Shown here: one piece after another, positions 25,340 through 36,200 of the stretch
How positions within the stretch are numbered: position 1 is the first letter of the stretch
How the letters are laid out: every line of letters begins with the position of its first letter
Origin: Heptranchias perlo
Taxonomy: Eukaryota
Assembly (NCBI RefSeq): GCF_035084215.1
Contig: NC_090335.1
Location: 13,454,001-13,518,000, forward strand
Length of the DNA: 64,000 nt
Direction of reading: 5' to 3'
Translations under genes and position numbers: made by a program
The notes under the pieces: model-generated
Seen by the model: only the letters and a program-made list of their open reading frames with translations
Told to the model about the DNA's origin: nothing
The model's database searches: none

Positions 25340-25788
25340 AACAACCAGGGGATATGCATTTAAACTACGCAAGAGTAGGAATAGGCTAGATGTTAGGTGG
25401 TTCTTCTTTTCTCTGAGACTGTGTGGTGTGTGCTAACTCTCTGCATGCCTTCAAAGGGAAGCTAGGCTGGTTCTAAGCTGGGGTAGAGATCACATCATAT
25501 AAAGGGTAAGTGGATTAACAGTAAATGCATGCATGGTCATTGTGATCTCCTGGACTGATTTTGATCACCTGAGGAGGTCGGTGAGGAATTTACCAGTTTT
25601 TCTTTCCCCTTATTGGCCCTGTGTTTTACCCATTTTTTTGCATCTTCCAGGAGATCACATGGTTTGGGGGGGGGGGCGGTGGAGTGAGGAAAGGAGGTGG
25701 GGGTAGGAAGTGTCTAGTCATGTGGGGCAGGCTTAATGGAGCAGCTAGTCTTTTCCTGCCTGTCATTTTTGTATGTTCGTATGTAACA
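25340..25788 (+). mobile_element. Old divergent CR1-type 3' end with long 3' UTR
   Basis: accaggggatatgcatttaaactacgcaagagtaggaataggctagatgttaggtggttcttc resembles TRGH.FKL...RLDVR..FFSQR; ends tgtatgttcgtatgt. Confidence 0.55.
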
Positions 25789-25799
25789 CCATCAGCCCA

Positions 25800-26400
25800 T
25801 AGAAGTTTACAGTACAGAAGGCGGCCATTCGGCCCATGATGTCCAGCTCTTTGCTAGAGTAATTCAAAACTAATCTCACTGTCCCATTCTCCCCATGGTC
25901 CTGTATCATCCTCAGCTTCAAATATAGATCTATTCTTCCCTAAAAGGTACAATACTCACTGCCTCAACCATTCCCTGTGGCAAAGCATTCCATGCTCCAA
26001 CAACCCTCTGTGTAATGAAATTTCTCCTAAACTCTCTCCTCATTCTTTTAGTGAGGATTTTAAAATTATGAACACCTGATCACTGACTCCCTAATCACCT
26101 ATTTGCCCAATGAAAATCCTTCATAATTTCAAAAAATATTAAATCTTCTCTGCTCTGGTGAAAATACTCCCAGTGTCTAAAGTCTCTCCTCATCTTGGTG
26201 AACCAACGCTGGACAGTCTCTATGGCTTTTGTGTCCTTTTCCCCAAAACTACATACAACACTTTTAGGGGCCTAACATTTACCGTGTACAAATTTATCAC
26301 TGATTGCCCTCGCTTTGACTCGTGCACATTTACAAATATAAATAAAATATTAAAATTTTAAAATTGCCACCTTCAAGGTTAAAACCTCCTCTCCTGAACT
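25800..26400 (-). mobile_element. Highly degraded CR1 3' fragment
   Basis: acagaaggcggccattcggccc tail, then ggcaaagcattccatgctccaacaaccctctgtgt (minus-strand TQRVVGAWNALP). Confidence 0.7.
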
Positions 26401-26671
26401 GTCATCCCTGTTGTAGGAATGGAACATGTTCACATCCCACACATCATTCTTACAGCCTCCCTGAATGACATTGCCGATTAAATGTGATTAATTTTATGCA
26501 GCTGACTTGTGCCCTCTAGGATCTGATTTGATACTTCTCCAAACTCAGTTCCAAAAGCCTCCTCACAGCTCTTGGGGAGAGGAAAGGCCATCCCATCAGT
26601 CTGGGCTAGACTCAACCACAGGTACCAGAGGTGAAAGACAGTTTGTGGATACACTGCATAGCTTAGTCCCT

Positions 26672-26743
26672 TCATAATTAATACTTTGGGCAAAATCATA
26701 ATTAATACTTTGGGCAAAATCATAATTAATACTTTGAGGAAAA
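26672..26743. repeat. 24-bp tandem repeat, ~3 copies
   Basis: tcataattaatactttgggcaaaa starts at 26672, 26696 and 26720. Confidence 0.9.
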
Positions 26744-27979
26744 CAATGTTGGAAGTGGTCAGATTTCACTCCCGGTCAGAGGACAAAACTTCCAACCCTG
26801 TCAGCAGCCCACTGTTTTTATTAGAACGCTCAGAGTCCTGACCTGACTAATGTGACTAATGAGTTTGAAATCTCCTTTCATATAGTACTTCACTGACTTA
26901 AATCAGTGAGTAGATTTATCTTTATTAAAAACTGTAAATGTTTCGTGCTGACTACAGAAAATCCCATACTGATAAAGGGGCTAATTTTAACTTCCATCAC
27001 CCGGTGATAAAAGTTAAAGTTACCTCACAGGAGCGTGTTCGATGGAATCCCTGTGGAATTTCAGGGTCATTGTAAAAATCAACTTTGGATCCAAGCACAG
27101 AATTCCACTGTGCCTAGACTTACTGGGGGTTGAATTAGACAGGAAAACAAACCTCGCGCAGGTACTGCAATCCGCGACTAACCTGCGCCAGGTGGTTCCT
27201 GCACAGGCAGAACATGAGCTTTGTGATGCCTGCTAATTAACATGATTCCTCCGTGCAGCCAGCACTAGTACGCTGCTGAGACACTGCACGGAGAATCAGG
27301 AAGCCCGAAATGGGGCATGGCCAGTGCTTGTCACAGGCAGTCTGCACCTCTTAAAGGTGCAGGTGCACATTTTAAAGGGCAGGTGCACAGTCTCTTGGGA
27401 GGAGGGAAAGATGGCAGGAAGGATTGTGAGACTGGTATGAGAGCACGCCTCCACGCACTGGAGGCTCTGGTGGAGGGGGTGGACGAAAGGAGGGCCATCC
27501 TGTACCCACAGGGTGGCAGGAGATCCTCCATCCACCAGCTCAGATACTGACACCGCATGTCCTTTAGAGGTTAGGTTAGAGGAGGGATCTGCACGTGGTG
27601 AGACACCGAGCACAAGTGCGCAGGAGCCGGAGCGGGGGGAGCGGATACCACAGGTATCGCCGGAGGGCGAGGTCACTCACTAGTTCTGCTACGGAGGAGT
27701 CAGATGAGGACTTCGATGGGCCAGGCTACAGAAGATGGCTGATGGGCGTACACCACCAAATGCTTGTTGCACTGGGAAGCCTGCCAGAAAGCCTGTGCAC
27801 AATGTCAAGGGGCATGGAGAAGTCCAGCTCTAACTTGGCACAGGGCTTTGCGCAGAGCTTGGAGCCCATCCTTTCTCACATGAAATGGGTGGCCACCTCC
27901 ATCAGCACACCTGTGGAACCCACCGTGATGCAGCACCTGATGGCCGATGTCGTGGCTTCCATTGCAGCAAAAAAAGCTG

Positions 27980-28160
27980 CCATTACTGCATTCAAGAAGG
28001 AAATAGATATATTTCTTAATGGTAAAGGGATCAAGGGATATGGGGAAAAAGCAGGAACAGGGTACTGAGTTAGACTATCAGCCATGATCATTTTGAATGG
28101 TGGAGCAGGCACCGAAGGGCCGAATGGCCTACCCTTGCTCCTATTTTCTATGTTTCTATG
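27980..28160 (+). mobile_element. CR1 3' tail inserted in the Harbinger Myb gene
   Basis: ITAFKKEIDIFLNGKGIKGYGEKAG then gggccgaatggcctacc...ttctatgtttctatgt. Confidence 0.88.
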
Positions 28161-28317
28161 TACCCAGAACCACAATAGCAGAGGTCTGCGCTTCCATAGC
28201 AGCTGTTTGAGCTGACATTGCAGCAGTCTGAGCTTCAACTGAAGCATGCAGACCTTTGATGACATCAATTTTTTTTTATCCCATGAACGAATAAAAAAAA
28301 CTGAATTCTGAACTGCC

Positions 28318-29655
28318 CCCAATCCTCAGGCTTGCCGCTTTTTCTGGCAATTTTATATGCCTCCTCTTTGGATCTAATACTATCGCTAATTTCTTTTGTA
28401 AGCCATGGTTGAGCACCTTTCCTGTTTTATTTTTGTGCCAGACCGGAATGAATAATTGTTATAATTCCTGCACACGTTCTTTAAATATTAGTCATTGCCT
28501 ATCCACCGTCATCCCTTTTAGTAAAGTTCCCCAATCTATCATAGCCAACTCGCACCTCATACTTTCGTAATTTCCTTTATTCAGATTCAGGACCCTAGTT
28601 TCGGATTCAACTACTTCACTCTCCATCTTAATGAGGAATTCTATCATGTTATGGTCGCTCGTCCCTAAGGGACCCCGCACAACAAGATTGTTAATTAATC
28701 CTTTCTCATTGCACAATACACAGTCTAGGATCGCCTGTTCTCCAGTTGGTTCCTCAACGTATTGGTCTAGAAAACCATCACGTACACACTCCTGGAATTC
28801 CTCCCCCACAATTTTGTTTGACCAATCTATATGTATATTAAAGTCAACCTTCTTGCATGCATCTCTAATTTCCTATTTAATGCCCTCTCCTACATCTCCA
28901 CTACTGTTTGGGGGCCTATAGACAAACCCCACCAACGTTTTCTGCCCTTTGGTGTTTCTTAGCTCCACCCACACAGATTCCACATCGTGATTTTCCGAGC
29001 CAATATCCTTCCTCACTATTGCATTGATTTCCTCCTTTACTAATAACGCTATCCCACCTCCTTTCCCTTTTTGCCTGTCCTTCCTAATTATTGAATACCC
29101 CTGGATGTTCACTTCCCATCCTTGGTCACCCTGCAGCCATGTCTCCGTAATCGCAACTATATCATAACCGTTAATATCTATCTGCGCTGTTAATTCATCT
29201 ACCTTATTGAGAATGCTCCGTGCATTTAGACACAATGCCTTTAGACTTGTTTTTTTAAGATTGCCAGTCATCTTAGTTTTATTTTGCACTATGGCCTATT
29301 TGTTTCTCGCCTTTGTTTTCTCTGCCTTCCACTATTGCTTCTTCCCTTTCTGTCTTTTGTTTCTAACCTTGTTTCCCCCTCCTCTGTCTCACTGCTCAGG
29401 TTCCCATTCCCCGCCATCCTAGTTTAAACCTTCCCCAACAGCACTAGCAAACACCCCCACGAGAACATCGGTCCCAGTCCTGCTCGGGTGCAACCCGTCC
29501 CGCTTGTACAGGTCCCACCTTCCCCAGAACCAGTCCCAATATCCCAGGAATCTAAATCCCTCCTTCCTACACCATCCTTGCAGCCACGCATTCATCTGGT
29601 CTATTCTCCTGTTCCTATACTCACTAGCACGTGGCACTGGTAGTAATCCTGAGAT
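28318..29655 (-). mobile_element. CR1 internal fragment: ORF1 SGNH/GDSL esterase C-terminus plus ORF2 AP endonuclease
   Basis: ISGLLPVPRASEYRNRRIDQMNAWLQGWC...DLYKRDGLHPS (esterase-type ORF1); LNARSILNK...VAITETWL...GGGIALLVK...VYRPPN and LGTSDHN (endonuclease). Confidence 0.92.
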
Positions 29656-30479
29656 CAAAAGTAATCCTGAGATCAACCTACCACCACCCATGCTCCAGCC
29701 ACTGGGGACGATGCACCTCGTAGAAGCACTAGGAAAGGAAAAGGCACACGAACAACAGGCACTAAGGGAATGCAAAGGGTGAATAGTCTCCTTTTGTACC
29801 AACGTGGAATGGGGCTTCCAGGGCATCACAGCAGTCCAGCAATCTGTGCTCCAGCTGATCACCAGGAGTGCTGAGGCACTGCCCCGGGAGAGTGGCAGTG
29901 GCGCCATGGCAGTTGAGCCTGCTGTCCTCTCTCCAGATGACAGCATTTCTGCTCCCACCCTTACCATTCTGCCAGTGCCCTTGTTGTTGCCTACCAGCCA
30001 ACTAGGCCAGACTGCTGCAGCTCATGCCATGATGGTGCAGTCTGAAGCTGGCCCCTTCCGGCCCAGAGCTACTCGAGGTCGTCCTCCAAGGCCATCTGCA
30101 TCTCCTCCATTGAAAGGCAGCAACCTTCCACCACCCATGCTCCAGCCACTGGGGAGGATGCACCTCGTAGGAGCACTAGGAAAGGAAAAGGCACACGAGC
30201 AACAGGCACTAAGGGAATGCAATGGGTGAATAGTCTCCTTTTGTTTGCATTATTTAATTTGTTAATTGATAAATGTGACTTTGAATTTGAATTTGGTGGT
30301 GGTTTTTATTTCTGCGATGAGCTGAGGAAGAAAGCAATGTGTAATCAGATGGGGGGCGATTTGATGGTCACATGGGAGCAGACAGGTGGGGAGTGTAGGA
30401 CTGTTGGTGACTTGGGAGATGTTGTTACATTAATGATATCGCTCACGGATCAGGTGAGCACGTAGAGCCCTTGCAGACA

Positions 30480-31580
30480 AGGCGTGTGTTCCTTGTTGCC
30501 CCCTTGCGTCTTCCTCCACTTCCGCCTCCGGCTCCTCCTACCCCTCAGCCTCTTTCTCCTCCTTGTCCTCAGCCTCTTCCTCTGGCTCAGGATTTTGCCG
30601 GATCATCGGTGGCAAAGGCTGGTCCCTCATAATACAGCATACTACGACAAATCTTCCCACTCGGTCAGCAGAGTACTGCAGGGCTTCTCCAGAACGGTCC
30701 AGGCAGCGGAAGCGTTGCTTCAGGAGGCCTATGGTGTACTCCATGATGTTGTGTGTGGCAGCATGGCTCTCATTGTAGGCCTGCTCTGCACTTGCACGTG
30801 CATACCGCATCGGAGTCATGCACCAGTGCATGAGGGGATAGCCCTTGTCACCCAATAGCCAGCTCTTGACTTGCTGAGCCAGTTGAAAGATAGCTGGCAC
30901 GCTGGACTGCCGCATAACGAAGGTGTCGTGACTGCTCCCAATGTAGTGGGCAACGACCTCCATATACGATACGTGTGGTCACACACCAGCTGCCTTTCGG
31001 TTCATGAAGGTGGCCGAGTATGTGGAGCACGCAAGGCAATATGCGGGCAGTCGATGGCACCCTGCACCATGGAGAAGCCTGCAATGCGAGCAAACGCATG
31101 TGCTCACTCGTTCTGCTTGATCTATCAAAAGGGAATATGATGAACCTGTTCCGCATCTTGTATATTGCGTCTGTGACCTCCCTTATGCAGCAGTGCACTG
31201 CAAACTGCGAGATGTTGCACAGATCGCCAGCAGAGGCCTGAAAGGATCCAGAGCCGTAGAAGTTCAGCGCCACGGTTACCTTCACAGCCAGAGGCAATGC
31301 TGTCCTTGCCCTGCTCTGAGGCTGTAGTTGTGGCTGCAGCAGTTGAAAGATCTCCATCACGACCTTCTTGGTGAACCTCAGCCATTGGATGCACTGCTCT
31401 TCGCTCATGTTGAAGTAAGGGTATTGTTCCCTGATGATCCTAATGGGATATGGCCTCCTGCTCAGTGCCCTGTGCCTCCTCCTCCCTCTCCTCGCAGCTT
31501 AACTTGCTCTGTGTGGCCTCTCTGCATGCTGCCAGTCATGTTCAATGCCCAGGGGGAGCCCTAGCAGACCACCCATGGTT
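30480..31580 (-). pseudogene. Frameshifted Harbinger (HARBI1-like) transposase
   Basis: ORFs 30848..31408 (KVTVALNFYGSGSFQ) and 30538..30963 (GSSHD, LLGDKGYP, EYTIGLLKQRFRCLD) lie in different frames. Confidence 0.9.
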
Positions 31581-32267
31581 GCCAGGAATCTTGTTCAACC
31601 ACTGTTGTAACTTTCCCAACCGTAAGGCAGATCTGCCAAACTACTCTCAAATATACTCTAGCAACTCTCTGTAAGCATAGGGAGTTTCAAAAAACACTTC
31701 CCATTCTACCAGCAGCCAGAAGCAATAATCCAGCAACTAACCTGCAACACCTGCATGATCCCTTTAAATAGCGCTGGTGGGGGATCCTCCAGGGCACTCT
31801 GAGATATGTTCAGGTGTGTGTGGTTAAGACTGTGTGTTGAGTGGAGCGTTAAGTTCCACTCAAAATGCATACAATTAGTGTGCACATTGATTTAAAGTGA
31901 TAGACACTATCTATCACTTTAAATCAATGTGCACACTAATTGTATGCATTTTCTCCCTACTTTAAATGATGCCAACGTTCGGTCTCTGCGCTTGCACTAA
32001 TACCTTTGCCAAGATGGTGTCCGGCGCACATCACCCTAGAAGCGTGCATGCACATCCAAGATGCCATCTTGGAACTCCAGGAGGCTGCTTAGTGCCGAAA
32101 CAACGGGAGTTACACGGCTCAATTTTGCGCCCACTATATTTAATCTTGCTATGTATAACTCCTGAAGTCAACCCAGAAGTCAACTTATTTTTCTCATTCA
32201 GATGTTGCCCTGCCTGTTGTACATTTTCTGTATTCATCTAAGAAAACATCCCTGGATTATGTGTTTC

Positions 32268-32705
32268 ATAGAATCGTACAGCACAGAAGGAGGCCATTCG
32301 GCCCAGTGTGCCTGCATAGGCTCTTTGAAAGAGCTATCAAATTAGTCCCACTCCCCTGCTCTTTCCCCATAGCCCTGCAAATTTTTCCTTTTCAAGTATA
32401 TATCCAATTTCCTTTTGAAAGTTACTATTGAATCTGCTTCCTCCACCCTTTCAGGTAGTTCATTCCCGATCATAACAACTCGCTGCGTAAAAAAAAAATC
32501 TCCTTATCTCCCCTCTGTTTCTTTTGCTAATTATCTTAAATCTGTGACCTCTGATTACCGACCCTCCTGCCAATGCATACAATTTCTCCTTATTTACTCC
32601 ATCAAAAACCCTTTATAATTTTTAACACCTCTATTAAATCTCGCTGTAACCTTCTCCATGCTAAGGAGAACAATCCCAGCTTCTCTAGTCTCTATACATA
32701 ACTGA
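32268..32705 (-). mobile_element. CR1 3' fragment
   Basis: catagaatcgtacagcacagaaggaggccattcggccc tail; minus strand gives TQRVVMIGNELPERVEEADS. Confidence 0.88.
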
Positions 32706-32827
32706 AATGTTTCTTAATGCTTCCAATGCTTAGTGCAAGTGATCCACCATTATGTTAGCAAAAGGCAGCAGCATGAGTTAGAAATCTAATCGTTTTTTGT
32801 AAAATATATTAAAAAGAAATAAAGAGA

Positions 32828-33230
32828 AACTTGCAACTATATAGTGCTTTCACGACCACAAGGCCTTTACAGCTAATGAAGTATTTTTGAAATGTAATTA
32901 CTGTTGTGAGGTAGGAAACTCTGCAGCCAATTCGCACAAACAGTAATGTGATAATGACCAGATAATCTGTTTTTTCAGTGGTGTTAGTTGAGGGATAAAT
33001 ATCGGCCAGGACACCGTGAAGAACTGCCCTTCTTTGAATAGTGCCATGGGATCTTTTACAACCACCTGAGAGGGTGGGCTTAGTTTATTGTCTCATCTAA
33101 AAGATGGCACCTCTGACTGTGCAGCACACCCTCAGTACTGTACTGAAGTGTCAGCCTAGATTGGGACTATGAACCTACAACCTTCTGACTTAGAGGCAAA
33201 GAGTGCTACCATTTAGCTAAGGCTAACACC
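32828..33230 (-). mobile_element. DeuSINE-type (SacSINE1/AmnSINE1-like) SINE, followed by a second tail fragment at ~33245-33345
   Basis: Minus strand reads gtgctgcacagtcagaggtgccatcttttagatgagac...ctctcaggtggttgtaaaagatcccatggcactattc, which I recognise as the Deu domain; tRNA-like head near 33230; L2-like tail near 32830. Confidence 0.75.
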
Positions 33231-36200
33231 ATTTAAATGTCATTAAACTTGCATTTATATAGCGCCTTTAATGACTTCAGGCCATCCCAAAGCGCTTTAC
33301 AGACAATTAAGCACTTTTGAAGTGTAGTCACTGATGTAATGTGGGTGAATTTATTGCTCTTGAGATTGAATGAGTAAACGAGCTGCAGTACAGCAAGATG
33401 TAAAGTAGTCCTTTTTTTATCCAGAGTTTTACAGGTAACTTGATACAGCCATAATCCTGATCTTAGCTTAATGTTACTTGGCCAATAGTTAGAGGTTTGC
33501 AAGGATTCAGCTGTACATGACCATTCCAATCACAGGGTTAAGTATGCAATGTCTGTCAAATCAGATATGAATTTAAAAAGGATTAAAGAACAGAATTACA
33601 TTATTAAATAATGTAGCGGAAGGTAATATCCATAGGACACAGTCTTTGACAGATCAAGGAAAGCACTTTAGGCTTAAGCTGCGATGCTGCAATCTGTCCA
33701 ATGTCTCCTGATCTGTGTAATGTAAATGTTATTTAGTAGAAACTAAGGCTACATTTCATTATGTTTGAACTGAGAGATTTCAGCTCAGAGCCTGTCTTTC
33801 TTTTTGGAATGCTTATCACATTAAGTAGCTGTCCTAATACAGTTTCTTTCATACTTGCACAATTACACTGTGTGAATAAATCCCAAATTAGCAACATATT
33901 TTTCAAATTCTGACAGCAATGGGTTCCTTGTTTAATCCAATACTTACAATTCTTTTACTTGGTATTTTTTGTGAATGTTTGCACAGATCAAGGTGTGAGG
34001 GGGGCTGGTTTGCATCCCCTCCCAACAACCAGCAGGACTAGGGCGGTAGCACGATAAAACTAACACGACAGAACCTGTTGACCCATTCCTGCCGACATCC
34101 AGGTCTCCGCCACTTTAGTGGGGGCTTTGAAGTCCAGGTGCACACCGGAAACAGGCTAGAGCTTCATTAGCCCATGCAAGTTGGTGTCCAGTGATGTCAC
34201 TAGGATCCCGATTCAATTTTGAAGTGCCATTGGGCGGTGTGGCACACACTGTCCACCCATTGGCACTGGGTGTTGAGCGGCCTAACCAGCGGCCATTAAA
34301 GGGACTGTTGCAGGCTGCTCAAAAAAATGTTAACAACATTTAGGACGATTTTTACAGACTTAGGAGTATTAAAAATCGACCCCTCCCAATGCGGGACCCT
34401 CCATGGCCCTTCCCTGTGATCACCTCCACCCCCCCCCCCAACCCCCTTTAATTACTCGCATCGGCTCAGCTCCTAGGAGGTGGCAGATTTTCCTGCCCCT
34501 TCCAATCGGTGAGCTGCTCCAAAATGGTAATGAGGACGGACCCTGAAAAGGGTTCAGGCCTCTGAGCCCTTCCATTGGGCAATCGACTAACTCGCTCTGC
34601 CCACCTCCTGCACAGTGGAGGCAGACACTTGGAACATAGTCAGTGCTGGGGAATTTAGTTTCTCTACATTTTTCATCCAGTTTCAACATTGGGCAGTCCT
34701 GGATCATATTTGGAATGAGTCAGATGAAAAGTAAAGATCCCTCTACTTTGTGCCAGGACTGTGCCCTCTTGCAGTTCTATCCAATGATACCCTGTGGTGC
34801 CTCCAAATAAGAATATTGGTCAGGTGTCAATTTGATCTGAATTGTGGGCAGCTTTGTGTTGTGGTCCCGTATCTATCAGGCCGCAACAGCCAGACTCATT
34901 TCACGTAACAAGCAAACAGCAAGCAGGGAAGTTAGAAATTCAGGAATTTATAACTTAGAATTTTTGTCAAAATTTTAAACATTTGCTGTTCGTAATTTAA
35001 TTTGAATTTTTTTCCTTCCTAAAAAAAGGTCAGCGTTCAAAGCCAAATGTTCTGTTGATGCAGATGTTCTGTCAGAAACTACGGAAATGTACTGGCACAA
35101 GTGACAGGAAATACATCCTATGATGTGTTTCCCTCATTTGCACGGCTTCATAATATGCCCACCCAATTTCCAGTGAACCGCTTGATCCATTGTTACAGGT
35201 TCTCACCCCATTTCCAGATACGAAATGGCTGCTAAAAATAAAGGGAGGGGAACAGTTACTAAAAACAAACTACCTGATTTCCAGTGGACCATTTGACCCA
35301 TCATTACAGGTTCTCACCCCATTTCCAGTGGACTATTTAAACCAACATGACAGATTCTCGTCCGATTTCCAGTGGACCATTTGACCCATCGTGACAGATT
35401 CTCACCCTATTTCTGGTGAACTGTTTTACCCATCATGACAGGTTCCCGCCCTATTTCCAGTGAACAGTTTCACCCATTGTGACACGTTCCCACCCCAATT
35501 CCAGTGGACCATTTGACCAAACATGACGTGTTCTCATCCGATTTCCAGTGGACCGTTTGACCAAATGTGACAGATTCTCATCCGTTTTCTAGTGGACAAT
35601 TTGACCCATCATAACAAGTTTCCACCGAATTTCCAGTTGACCATTTGACCAAACGTGACAGGTTCTCACCCGATTTCCAGTGAACCATTTGAGCCCTCGA
35701 GACAGGTTCTCACCCAATTTCCAGTAGACCATTTGACCAAATGTGACATTTCCCACCCCATTTTCAGTGAATCGTTTGACCTATCATGACATGTTCTCAT
35801 CTGATTTCCAGTGGCCCTTTTGACCCATCATGACATTCTGATCCGATTTCCAGTGGGCTATTTGACCAAATGTGACATGTTCCAACCCCATTTTCAGTGA
35901 ACCATTTGACCCATCGTGACATGATCTCATCTGATTTCCAGTGGACCATTGATCCATCGTGACAGATTCTCACCCCATTTTCAGTGGACCATTTCACCCA
36001 TTGTGACAGATTCTCACTCCATTTCCAGTGTACTGTTGGACCCATCATTACAGATTCTCGTCAGTTTTCCTTTTGACCAAATGTGACAGATTCTCACCTG
36101 ATTTCCAATGGACCATTTGATCAAACGTGACATGTTCTCACCCGATTACCAGTGGACCATTTGACCAGACGTGACATGTTCTCACCTGATTTCCAGTGGA

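Larger units (their letters stand above)
27125..32132. mobile_element. Decayed two-gene Harbinger transposon with nested CR1 insertions
   Basis: TSD ACT (27122-24/32133-35), GGG...CCC termini; Myb/SANT gene remnants on + (ALEALVEGVDERRAILYP), transposase remnants on -. Confidence 0.85.

Noticed and set aside
29419-29967. 182-aa ORF as a novel esterase fusion gene
   Set aside because: Chance read-through from antisense Harbinger Myb sequence into a CR1 ORF1 fragment across a rearranged junction.
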